Shown: in pieces, positions 38,422 through 47,523 of the stretch
Layout of the letters: each line of letters starts with the position of its first letter
How positions within the stretch are numbered: the first letter of the stretch is position 1
Assembly: GCF_045629545.1 (NCBI RefSeq)
Contig: NZ_JAZQRK010000052.1
Location: 1,256 to 65,255 of the forward strand
From: Chryseobacterium sp.
GTDB lineage: Bacteria > Bacteroidota > Bacteroidia > Flavobacteriales > Weeksellaceae
Length of the DNA: 64,000 nucleotides
Reading direction: 5' to 3'
Notes under the pieces: generated by a model
Database searches by the model: none
Seen by the model: the letters and a program-made list of their open reading frames with translations, nothing else
Told to the model about the DNA's origin: nothing
Made by a program: the position numbers and the translations under genes

Positions 38422-39783
38422 ATGAATAAATGTAACACAATCAGGATTTTATTCTGTATGATTATTTTTTCTACACTTCAATCATGTAAATCGCTTATTG
38501 GTTTGCCTACAAGCACAGAAAAATCTACAATAGGTGAAATTTCTACATATACAAAAGAACTAAAAAATTTACCATTGCCCAAAGAGAAAGTAGTAGTGGG
38601 GGTATATAAATTTAGAGATCAGACCGGGCAGTATAAAGCAGCAGAAGTGGGCAGTAATTGGAGTACTGCAGTGCCACAAGGTACTACCACAATACTTATA
38701 AAAGCGTTAGAAGATAGCCGTTGGTTTATCCCTATAGAGAGAGAAAATATTGCAAATCTTCTCAACGAAAGGCAAATTATACGCTCTACTCGCCAAGAGT
38801 ATCTAAAAGAGATTGATAAAAATAATCCTTCTTTGCCACCTCTTTTGTATGCGGGGGTACTTTTGGAAGGAGGTGTGATTTCTTATGATAGCAATGTAGT
38901 GACTGGTGGATTGGGCGCTAGATATTTTGGCATCGGAGCTTCTACACAATACAGACAAGATAGAATCACTATTTATCTTAGAGCAGTTTCTACCTTAAAC
39001 GGTGAGATTTTAAAAACAGTGTATGTTTCAAAATCAATTCTTTCTACAAGTGTGAATGGAAGTTTCTTTAGATATATAGACTCAGAAAAATTATTAGAAG
39101 CAGAAGTTGGACTTACCCAGAATGAACCCATACATTTAGCTGTAACAGATGCAATAGAAAAAGCAGTAAAGAATTTGATTGTTGAAGGAATTAAATCCAA
39201 TATTTGGGGTAAATCTATGGACGACACAGATAAATACAAACAACTGATAGAGGATTACAATGTGGAAGTTGAAAAAAATAATGCTAAAATTATAGGAAGC
39301 CAATTTGATGAGATTAGTAGACCAAAATTTTCTGTTTTTGCTAATGCAGAGATTGCCCAAATAAAAGGAGATTACATCAATCCAGTTTCTAGATTCGGAG
39401 GAAAATTTGGAACAAAATTCTTTCTTAATAAAAACTTTAATATAGAAGGTAACGTCAATCTTTTTACTTTAGAAAACACCGAAATTATTACACGTTCATT
39501 TGTAGTTCCCGAAGTAAATCTAGAATATTTTATGATGCCAAATTTCAAATTTTCTCCCTATATCTACGCAGGTATGGGTGGATTGTTTTCTAAGAATAAA
39601 TCTTTCTACAAGGCACAAGTAGGTGGAGGTCTAGAATATATGATCCAGAAAAATATTGCACTAAGACTTTCTAGTCAATATGATCTTGGTTTTACAGACA
39701 ATTGGGAAGGTTTTGTAAATGGGAAAAGACAAGATCAAGCAATTCGATTTGGTTTTGGTATCAACTACTATATAGGAAAATAA
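38422..39783 (+). CDS. csgG: Curli secretion channel CsgG with C-terminal beta-barrel extension
   Basis: Lipobox LQSC; VGVYKFRDQTGQYK, STAVPQG, LEDSRWF..ERE..LLNERQIIR, EGGVISYD, GGLGARYFGIG. Confidence 0.94.
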   Translation: MNKCNTIRILFCMIIFSTLQSCKSLIGLPTSTEKSTIGEISTYTKELKNLPLPKEKVVVGVYKFRDQTGQYKAAEVGSNWSTAVPQGTTTILIKALEDSRWFIPIERENIANLLNERQIIRSTRQEYLKEIDKNNPSLPPLLYAGVLLEGGVISYDSNVVTGGLGARYFGIGASTQYRQDRITIYLRAVSTLNGEILKTVYVSKSILSTSVNGSFFRYIDSEKLLEAEVGLTQNEPIHLAVTDAIEKAVKNLIVEGIKSNIWGKSMDDTDKYKQLIEDYNVEVEKNNAKIIGSQFDEISRPKFSVFANAEIAQIKGDYINPVSRFGGKFGTKFFLNKNFNIEGNVNLFTLENTEIITRSFVVPEVNLEYFMMPNFKFSPYIYAGMGGLFSKNKSFYKAQVGGGLEYMIQKNIALRLSSQYDLGFTDNWEGFVNGKRQDQAIRFGFGINYYIGK

Positions 39784-39794
39784 AAATATTAACC

Positions 39795-41300
39795 ATGAAA
39801 AATTTATTTAAAATTATTACTTTACTTGTTCTCGTTTTTTCGCATTGGTCATGTAATGAAGAGCTTACTATACAAAATAGTAATGGAAAACTTAGAGGTA
39901 AAGTAGTAAAAAAAGAAACTAATGAACCTATTGCTAACGTAAAAGTATTTACTACGCCTTCTACACAAGCTGTTTTCACGGGAACAGATGGCACCTTCGA
40001 TATAGGGGAAGTGCCATTGGGAGATTACTCAGTAAAGGCAGAGCTTACGGGTTATGTTACAAGTTATCAAGCTGTCAATATACAAAATGAAGCACAAGTA
40101 GTTTCTGTTGTTTTCGAATTAAGTGATGATGATTCTCAAAATACCGCTCCTACTACTCCTATTTTATTAAGTCCTGTGGATAATGCACAAGATCAACCTC
40201 TTTCGGTAGAATTAAAATGGGATTGTAGCGATGCGGATGCTAATGATGTTTTAAAATATAAGCTTATTGTTAAAAATAATGTGAATACAGATGTTATCGA
40301 GGTTAATGATATTACTACTAAAAATCATACTTTATCAGATCTAAAATATGGAGTAAGCTACTTTTGGCAAATCTCTGTAAATGATGGTATACATGCTGAT
40401 GTATTGAGCCCGACTTTTAAGTTTACAACAACTTCCACACCTCTTAATAGGTATCATTATGTAAAAAAAGAAAATGGAAATTACGTAATTATGTCTACAG
40501 ATGAAGCGGGTTCTAGTTTTCAGTTGACAAGCTCTTCTTATAATAGTTGGAGGCCAAGAAAAAATAATAATGCAAATCTAATAGCTTACTTAAGAACTGA
40601 TGGTGGAGCCAATCATATTTATACAGCAAAACCAGATGGTTCTGATGCTTTTAAAGTAACTCAAATTCCTGTAGGCGGTTTTAATAATGCAGAGATGGAC
40701 TTTTCGTGGAGTACGAATGGTAATTCCTTCGTCTACCCTTATTTTGATAAGTTATACAAAATAAATAAAGATGGAAGTGGGCAAGAATTAGTATATACTA
40801 CTCCAGATGGAAGTCTTATTACAGAATGCGATTGGAGCTATGATAACAGCAAAGTGGCAATAAAAACCAATAACTATAATGGTTACAATGCCAAGATTAT
40901 TATTATTGATATGCTAGGAAATATTTTGCAAACAGTGCTCTCTAGTGGTTCCGGTGCAAGCGGTGGGCTCAATTTCTCTGTAGATGGGCAAAAATTGCTT
41001 TATACTAAAGATGTTTCTGGACATGAGGATGCGAACTACAGACAGCTCAATTCTCATGTATTTATTTTTAATCTCGCTACTAATACGATACAAGATATTT
41101 CAGAGTTGAGCAGTAAACCAGCGGGAACTAATGATCTAGACGCCAGATTTTCACCTAACAATGCTCAAATTATCCTCATGAATACTTCTAATGACGGTAT
41201 TTCTCAAAAAAATGTTATAGTGGTTACACTTGGAACTACAGGATCAAATTTTACAAGAGCTATTTTATTTAGTAATGCAGAAATGCCAGATTACGAATGA
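39795..41300 (+). CDS. Lipoprotein with carboxypeptidase-regulatory-like, FN3-like and TolB/PD40-like propeller domains
   Basis: Lipobox WSC; GKVVKKETNEPIANVKV; YFWQISV; repeated WS.NG / FS.DG / FSPN motifs. Confidence 0.78.
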   Translation: MKNLFKIITLLVLVFSHWSCNEELTIQNSNGKLRGKVVKKETNEPIANVKVFTTPSTQAVFTGTDGTFDIGEVPLGDYSVKAELTGYVTSYQAVNIQNEAQVVSVVFELSDDDSQNTAPTTPILLSPVDNAQDQPLSVELKWDCSDADANDVLKYKLIVKNNVNTDVIEVNDITTKNHTLSDLKYGVSYFWQISVNDGIHADVLSPTFKFTTTSTPLNRYHYVKKENGNYVIMSTDEAGSSFQLTSSSYNSWRPRKNNNANLIAYLRTDGGANHIYTAKPDGSDAFKVTQIPVGGFNNAEMDFSWSTNGNSFVYPYFDKLYKINKDGSGQELVYTTPDGSLITECDWSYDNSKVAIKTNNYNGYNAKIIIIDMLGNILQTVLSSGSGASGGLNFSVDGQKLLYTKDVSGHEDANYRQLNSHVFIFNLATNTIQDISELSSKPAGTNDLDARFSPNNAQIILMNTSNDGISQKNVIVVTLGTTGSNFTRAILFSNAEMPDYE

Positions 41301-41316
41301 TCTACCTCTTTTCAGC

Positions 41317-41353
41317 AAAAAAAATCAAAATCTTATCGATTTTGATTTTTTTT
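41317..41353. terminator. Bidirectional terminator between the curli operon and the LuxR gene
   Basis: aaaaaaaatcaaaatc-ttatc-gattttgattttttt. Confidence 0.7.
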
Positions 41354-41370
41354 GTTTTAAAAATATGAAT

Positions 41371-42021
41371 TTAATCTATGATATTATTTTCCAGTGCATA
41401 TTTCACGACACCAACAGAATTTTTAACGTTCAGTTTCATCAATATTCTTTTCCTATGCGTTTCCACAGTATTGATGCTAATGAATAATTGTTGACAAATA
41501 TCTTTGCTGCTAAATCCGTTGCAGATTAATTTTAAAATTTCCATTTCACGCTTGGTAAGTGGATCTTTAAAATTGTATTTCTGTTTTTGTTGTTCTTCAC
41601 TAATGAAATTAATCATCATTTCTTTGGCATATTCGCAGACATATATTTCATTACTGAATAAAGTTTTTATAGCTTTCAAAAATTCTTCATAACCACTATC
41701 TCTGTCTAGATAGCATTTTATTCCTTTACCAAATAATTTTCTGATGGTGATAACATCGTAGTGATTTCCAATTATAATAATTTTAATTCCTTCCTCTCTT
41801 GAGATTATTTCTTCTACGTATTTGTAGATTTCGGTAAGAAGTAGATTGTTAGAACTAAGTAGAATGTATTCTGGTGTTTCTCTAGAAATATGGTGATATA
41901 ATTTTTCTGCAGAATCTACGATATTTATATCACCGAAAAGCTTTTCCTGAGTTAGCAATTTTAGTAAACCCTGTGTATACAACAAAGGTCCATCATAGAT
42001 GGTTAAATTGGGAGTCATCAT
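41371..42021 (-). CDS. NarL/LuxR-family regulator with degenerate receiver domain
   Basis: C-terminal LTKREMEILKLI..GFSSKDI..LFISINTVETHRKRIL; receiver lacks the canonical Asp; start uncertain (42039, 42021 or 42018). Confidence 0.85.
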   Translation of the reverse strand: MMTPNLTIYDGPLLYTQGLLKLLTQEKLFGDINIVDSAEKLYHHISRETPEYILLSSNNLLLTEIYKYVEEIISREEGIKIIIIGNHYDVITIRKLFGKGIKCYLDRDSGYEEFLKAIKTLFSNEIYVCEYAKEMMINFISEEQQKQKYNFKDPLTKREMEILKLICNGFSSKDICQQLFISINTVETHRKRILMKLNVKNSVGVVKYALENNIID

Positions 42022-42336
42022 GGTAGTTTTAGTTAACATAAATGTACGAAAAACATCTCATATAAATGTGATTTTTGGTGACAAATAATATATGAATAGT
42101 ATGATTTATTTGAATAATTTGTATTATTTTATTAATTTTAATGTAATAATAATTTTAATAAATTTATTATTATAAGATAATGATATTGGCGAAAATTATA
42201 CTCTTTCGAAGTTATATTTATACTGAAAATAGGAGTAGAAAAAGCAAATTTAAATGTAATTTTAAGAGCTTTTTTTACTGAAAATTGAAATGTTTGCACA
42301 AAAAAACCTCCAAGAAAACTGGAGGTTTGGTTTTTT

Positions 42337-43902
42337 TTAATTAGAAAATCCTATCAATTCTTCCTTATCCGAATTGAAAATTCTGTATTCTAAATATTTA
42401 AAAGAATCCCTAGGCACAATGGTTACCCATTTTTTATACTTCATAAACCATTTCATCTGTATACTCATGATACCTTTGGTAAGATACGCTTCTACAAAGG
42501 GATGCACGTGGAGGTAAAGTTTTCCATTATCCTTCTGCATTATGGTTCTGATAGTGTCGCCCATTTTTTCAACAATAACGATAGGAGCTACAATTTCTCC
42601 ATCCTTATTCGGGTTTTCTTCTTTGGTATCTATTTGTTTTTCAGCACGATTTCTTTGTCTGGTAATCTGGATAAGTCCAAATTTACTTGGTGGTAAAATT
42701 TTGTGTCGTGCTTTGTCTCGACTCATCTCATTCTTCAGATGCTCGAATAGATCTTTTCTGTGGTCTGCGTTTATCATATCGATAAAATCTACCACGATAA
42801 TACCTCCCATATCTCGGAGGCGGAGCTGTCTTGCAATCTCTGTGGCTGCCATCTTATTTACGTTGAGTGCGTGATCCTTATTAGTAGGACTGCTAGCAGA
42901 GTTGGAAATATTATTTCCAGAGTTTACATCAACTACGTGTAGTGCTTCAGTGTGTTCTATCACCAGGTAAGCACCTTTTGAACTAGGAATATTTACGTGT
43001 TTTCCAAAGCTTTGTTTTAGCTGTTTTTCCACGTTATAATATTCGAGTAGAGGAACGTGAGAATCATAAAACTGAACAATATTTTTTCTTTCAGGAGCAA
43101 TTACTTCTACGTAATCCTTCATTCCGTTTACCATCTGTTCATCATCACAGATAATATTTACAAAATCCTGGTTGAAATTGTCTCTCAGTATGGAAGATGC
43201 TTTATCATCTTCACTCAATACTCTAGAGGGTACTTTGTTCTTCTCAATGTTTTTGAAGGTATTTTCCCACTTCTGAACTAGCTGATTCATATCATTATGC
43301 AAATCAGCTACTTTTTTGCCCTCAGCAACGGTTCTTATGATCACTCCGAAACCTTCAGGTTTTATACTGTCGATTAGGGTGCGAAGTCTTTCTTTTTCCT
43401 CAGAACTTCTTATTTTTTTAGAAATAGAAACTTTATTATCAAAAGGAATTAAAACCAAAAAACGCCCCGTAAGCGAGATCTGTGTTGATATTCTTGGTCC
43501 TTTTGTAGAAATAGGTTCTTTGGTTATTTGCAAAAGAATTACGTCATCTTTGGCAATGATCTTGTCTATAGTTCCATTTTTATCCAATTCGGGCTGAAGC
43601 TCGAAATTTTTCAAACTAGAAGTGTTTTGCTTCTTAGCAACAGTGTCTTTCAAGAATTTTTTGTAGGTAGCAAACTGTGGCCCAAGATCCTGATAGTGTA
43701 AAAATGCATCTTTTTCATATCCAATATTTACAAAGGCAGCATTAAGGTTGGGAGCTAGTTTTTTTACTTTACCTATAAATAAGTCTCCGACAACAAAATC
43801 ATTTTTGTCTTCTTCCTCATGAAGTTCACATAGTCTTCCGTCTTCTAGTAAAGCAATTTTTGTAAAATCACCTTCGTGCGAAATTATAAGTTCTTTCTTC
43901 AT
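42337..43902 (-). CDS. rng: Rne/Rng family ribonuclease
   Basis: S1 domain AAFVNIG..KDAFLH, KEPISTKGPR, VVDVNSG, GGIIVVDFIDM. Confidence 0.93.
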   Translation of the reverse strand: MKKELIISHEGDFTKIALLEDGRLCELHEEEDKNDFVVGDLFIGKVKKLAPNLNAAFVNIGYEKDAFLHYQDLGPQFATYKKFLKDTVAKKQNTSSLKNFELQPELDKNGTIDKIIAKDDVILLQITKEPISTKGPRISTQISLTGRFLVLIPFDNKVSISKKIRSSEEKERLRTLIDSIKPEGFGVIIRTVAEGKKVADLHNDMNQLVQKWENTFKNIEKNKVPSRVLSEDDKASSILRDNFNQDFVNIICDDEQMVNGMKDYVEVIAPERKNIVQFYDSHVPLLEYYNVEKQLKQSFGKHVNIPSSKGAYLVIEHTEALHVVDVNSGNNISNSASSPTNKDHALNVNKMAATEIARQLRLRDMGGIIVVDFIDMINADHRKDLFEHLKNEMSRDKARHKILPPSKFGLIQITRQRNRAEKQIDTKEENPNKDGEIVAPIVIVEKMGDTIRTIMQKDNGKLYLHVHPFVEAYLTKGIMSIQMKWFMKYKKWVTIVPRDSFKYLEYRIFNSDKEELIGFSN

Positions 43903-44059
43903 TTTGTTATAAGATAAATTTGTAAGAAATAAGGATAAAATCTATTATATCACTTTCCTTTTCCTTATTCCTTGGGGTAACAAACAAAAATATAGTTGGT
44001 GAGGATAAAAAAACATTAAACCACCAACTATATTATTATATTAAAAATCCCGAAGGAAT

Positions 44060-44149
44060 TTATTTTTTCTTATGTCTGTTCGCTCTTCTTCTTTTCTTTC
44101 TTTTGTGTGTAGCAACCTTGTGTCTTTTTCTTTTCTTTCCGCTTGGCAT
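44060..44149 (-). CDS. 29-aa basic peptide, bS22 / AURKAIP1-COX24-like small ribosomal protein
   Basis: Manual translation MPSGKKRKRHKVATHKRKKRRRANRHKKK*; below the ORF-track cutoff; lies between HU and rng. Confidence 0.8.
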   Translation of the reverse strand: MPSGKKRKRHKVATHKRKKRRRANRHKKK

Positions 44150-44191
44150 AATGTTAATTTTTTTTGTAACTAGTTAATATTCAATTATTAT

Positions 44192-44482
44192 TTATTTTAC
44201 TGCAACCTTAATTTTTACCTTCTCCACAAATGATTTTGAGGGTTTGAAAGCAGGAATATTGTGCGCAGGTATTTCGATAGCAGTGTTCTTAGAAATGTTT
44301 CTTCCTGTTTTTGCTGCTCTTGTTTTAACGATGAAAGACCCAAATCCTCTTAAGTAAACATTGTCTCCATTGTACATAGAAGTTCTAATCTCCTGCATAA
44401 AAGCTTCTACAACTTTCTGTGTTTCATTCTTTTCAGTTCCCAATTTATTTGAGATCGTGTTTACCAATTCTGCCTTTGTCAT
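44192..44482 (-). CDS. HU/IHF family DNA-binding protein
   Basis: MTKAELV, LRGFGSF, GRN, IPAFKPSK. Confidence 0.95.
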   Translation of the reverse strand: MTKAELVNTISNKLGTEKNETQKVVEAFMQEIRTSMYNGDNVYLRGFGSFIVKTRAAKTGRNISKNTAIEIPAHNIPAFKPSKSFVEKVKIKVAVK

Positions 44483-44620
44483 TTCCTTTGTAAATTTTAA
44501 ATTTTAGGTGTGCAAATTTAGTTAAAAAAAATGACTTGAAGCAAATTACTATGCGAATTATTTGCGTTAAATGACTGACAATTTTATGTTTACTAAATTA
44601 TGTGTAAATATAATGATTTT

Positions 44621-45295
44621 TTATGTACTAGAATTATAGTATCCGTTTTCTACGCAAAACCTTATTAGGTGCAATTTAGTCTTGAGTCCTAGCTTTTCTG
44701 TCAACCTATTAATATAGGTATCTATCGTTCTGCTACTGAGACTTAGTTGTTCTCCTATCTCCTTATTAGTTAGACCTTCATAACAAAATTTCATCAGTTG
44801 TATTTCTGCTGAAGTTAGTTCTTCTTGGCTGTATTTTTGTCTATTCATATACTCTTGTACAGCTAGTGGTTGCTGCAACCAAGTTTTTGAATATTCTCCA
44901 TAATCAAAGCTGTCAGAGACTATTAACCCTCTGATTATATCTTTGATTACAGTGCTGTTTTTTTCACAGTAATAAACATTGGGTATTTTTGCTAAAATTT
45001 CTGCCATATCATCCTGATAGGTACCAGAGTAAGCAATAATAGGAGTTTCTTCATTGTTTTTTCTAATGAATTTTATAGCTTCAATACCACTGAGGATCGG
45101 CATAAACAAGTCTATCAGGAATACATCTTCCTGTCTTCTATAGATTCTATTAATCAACTCGTGTCCATTATTACAATCATTAAGTAGTTTATAAAAAGGG
45201 TTTTCAAGAAGTGTTTTTATCATTATTTTCTTGAAATAAAAGTCGCCGTCGGCTATTGAAAATCTAACGGTATTCGTTAAAATTTTACTCATCAT
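44621..45295 (-). CDS. Response regulator (receiver + LuxR HTH)
   Basis: LIDLFMP receiver Asp; EGLTNKEIGEQLSLSSRTIDTY HTH; divergent from the tss module. Confidence 0.88.
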   Translation of the reverse strand: MMSKILTNTVRFSIADGDFYFKKIMIKTLLENPFYKLLNDCNNGHELINRIYRRQEDVFLIDLFMPILSGIEAIKFIRKNNEETPIIAYSGTYQDDMAEILAKIPNVYYCEKNSTVIKDIIRGLIVSDSFDYGEYSKTWLQQPLAVQEYMNRQKYSQEELTSAEIQLMKFCYEGLTNKEIGEQLSLSSRTIDTYINRLTEKLGLKTKLHLIRFCVENGYYNSST

Positions 45296-45463
45296 TTGTA
45301 TTTTTGTGTGAATGAAATGTATTTTTGCTGTCTAAATTAAGAATAACTTTCTAATTGAAAGTTATTTTTATTAAAGAAGTTTTGTATATTTAGCATAATT
45401 TTGACGAACCTATTTTTCTAATGGATTAAAACAAATTAACACTCAAAAAAAATACAAATAAGT

Positions 45464-45991
45464 ATGTCTAGTAGAGATAAAAAATTAAATAGATCCGACG
45501 TTCGAGTCGGTATCTGGAAGTTCATTCTATCATTTATAGTCTTATCAGGAGTTTCTTTCTGCGCAGTATTTTTCTTTTTCAAAAGCTATGAGTTGCAAAG
45601 AAAAGGGGTTGAAAAAGAAGTTTCCAAATATGAAGATTTATTGGGAAGAAGTGCTGTATTGAAAATTCAGGTGGACGAAATCTACTCAAAAATGAACTCA
45701 TTGGATCTAAGGAATGTAGAGAACGACATTGCACTAAGAAACCAAATAGCCAATAATGTGCGGGATGCTAAAGCCATTATGCGAGAAGATAGTACTACAA
45801 ATCTTAAGCATTATAACGCACTACTGAAAAAAATTGCTCCCATGCTAGTTCTCAAAAGCAAAATCATTGACTACAATTCTAAAAAGCAAGTGGCTATCAC
45901 CAATTTGAACCAATGTATGGATAAAAATACCAGAATGAATGTGGAATTAAAAAGGGACAGATCTAGAAACTATTCGGGCGGAAGAAGATAG
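45464..45991 (+). CDS. tssO: T6SS-iii membrane complex protein, TssO-like
   Basis: Single N-terminal TM helix then helical region; first of a four-gene block ending in PKD and TssR-like genes. Confidence 0.6.
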   Translation: MSSRDKKLNRSDVRVGIWKFILSFIVLSGVSFCAVFFFFKSYELQRKGVEKEVSKYEDLLGRSAVLKIQVDEIYSKMNSLDLRNVENDIALRNQIANNVRDAKAIMREDSTTNLKHYNALLKKIAPMLVLKSKIIDYNSKKQVAITNLNQCMDKNTRMNVELKRDRSRNYSGGRR

Positions 45992-46010
45992 TTTAATAAA
46001 ATATAAGAGT

Positions 46011-46541
46011 ATGCAAGGACAAATTACACTTTCAAAAAAAGAAAAAAGATATCAATTTATCTACCTTATCTTAATGCTTATTGTAGCATTGTTGTTTTTG
46101 GGAATTATATTTCTAAAAGGGTTTACATCGCCTTTTTCAAATTCTGATGTGGTTGCTTTAGAAAAGCTAGATCAAAAATCTAGATATAACGAACGTCAGA
46201 AAGCAATGATGGTATTAGTAGATTCTACATTTATTAATATTTCAAAACTATCTACTGAAACTGCTCAGCCTATAGAAGAGAATGACATCAAGTATAAGGT
46301 AAATGATATTAATGCCGCTTTTTTAGACGGAAAATATAACTCAATTAATGATTTTAGAAAAGATGGTTTTCCACAAATTGCCCTTTTTTATAAAATGTAT
46401 TTGGAGGATAAAAAATCCGTTTCTAAAATTTCAGAGGATATCAAAATATTTGAGAAACAATTGGATGACTGTTATGTGGGATATAAAGAAAAACGCAAAA
46501 TACTAGTGGATCGAGCAGAAGAATCTAAAGCACTAAAATAA
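46011..46541 (+). CDS. T6SS-iii membrane complex protein, TssQ/TssO-like
   Basis: LSKKEKRYQFIYL + TM helix then helical region; context between tssO-like and PKD gene. Confidence 0.55.
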   Translation: MQGQITLSKKEKRYQFIYLILMLIVALLFLGIIFLKGFTSPFSNSDVVALEKLDQKSRYNERQKAMMVLVDSTFINISKLSTETAQPIEENDIKYKVNDINAAFLDGKYNSINDFRKDGFPQIALFYKMYLEDKKSVSKISEDIKIFEKQLDDCYVGYKEKRKILVDRAEESKALK

Positions 46542-46572
46542 ACAAAAACACAAAACTACAAAACAATAAAAA

Positions 46573-47475
46573 ATGAACTATTTCGAAAAAAACAAAAAAA
46601 ATATTATTATTGGAGTCATTGCCACTTTACTTGTAGCAGCATTGGTAGCATTATGGCTTCAGAAAAAAGTAATTCATTCTGCAGATGATATTGTAGGGGT
46701 AGTATATCCAGCATCTATTAAAGTAGGAGATACCTTAAACTTCAATGATAAAACACAATTTGCAAAACAAAAGAAGTGGGATTTTGGTGATGGCAATACT
46801 TCAGACAAAAGTAATGGTATACATTTCTACAACAAACCTGGTTATTACAATGTTACTTTAATTATAGATAACAAATATTCTAAATCTTTTCCAATTTTAG
46901 TGTCTGCTAGAGATATTATAGCTCCAGTTGTTGATGAACTGGCAAAGATTGACGCACCTTCCCAAGCTATGGTATTTGAAAACGTTCAGTTCAGAGCGAT
47001 CTCAGAATCTACGCAATTCACATGGAAATTTGGAGAAAGTGGCAGAATAGATTCTAAAGATAAAAATGCCACTTATGCGTTCCAAAAACCAGGAAATTAT
47101 GTAGTGACTTTATATACAGACAAAGGTGAGCCTACTTATCATAATATTAATGTTATTAAAGGATATGATGAGTTGGACGATTCTGCCCTAAAAATTGACG
47201 ATTCTTTCGAAAGAATGGATAATGATTTCAAATATCACCTTCAACAAATTGCCAACGGTAGTAACTTTAATACACATTATAATTATTTGTTGAATAAATA
47301 TTTGTGTAATAATGAGAGCGCAATTGTAAATGTGACAGATAGCAAAGTAAATAACTTCTATCTATATTGTGCAGGATTACAATTTGATAAAAATAAGGTG
47401 ATACAAACTGTGAAATTAAGTTTCAATCAAGATCAAACTTGTGTAACGAAAGTTGATATTAATCAAAGTAAATAG
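46573..47475 (+). CDS. tssP: PKD-domain T6SS-iii protein, TssP-like
   Basis: N-terminal TM anchor, two PKD repeats (WDFGDG..HFYNKPGYYNVTL; WKFGE..YAFQKPGNYVVTL). Confidence 0.7.
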   Translation: MNYFEKNKKNIIIGVIATLLVAALVALWLQKKVIHSADDIVGVVYPASIKVGDTLNFNDKTQFAKQKKWDFGDGNTSDKSNGIHFYNKPGYYNVTLIIDNKYSKSFPILVSARDIIAPVVDELAKIDAPSQAMVFENVQFRAISESTQFTWKFGESGRIDSKDKNATYAFQKPGNYVVTLYTDKGEPTYHNINVIKGYDELDDSALKIDDSFERMDNDFKYHLQQIANGSNFNTHYNYLLNKYLCNNESAIVNVTDSKVNNFYLYCAGLQFDKNKVIQTVKLSFNQDQTCVTKVDINQSK

Positions 47476-47523
47476 CAGTCGTTAGCTTCTTCAAAAAAAT
47501 TTAAAAAACATAAAAATATTAAG

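Noticed and set aside
32925-39794. Extended N-termini given by the ORF track for both curlins (32925, 34597) and the TolB-like lipoprotein (39702)
   Set aside because: Internal ATGs (33054, 34690, 39795) give clean signal peptides; the curlin extensions overlap promoter boxes and the lipoprotein extension overlaps csgG
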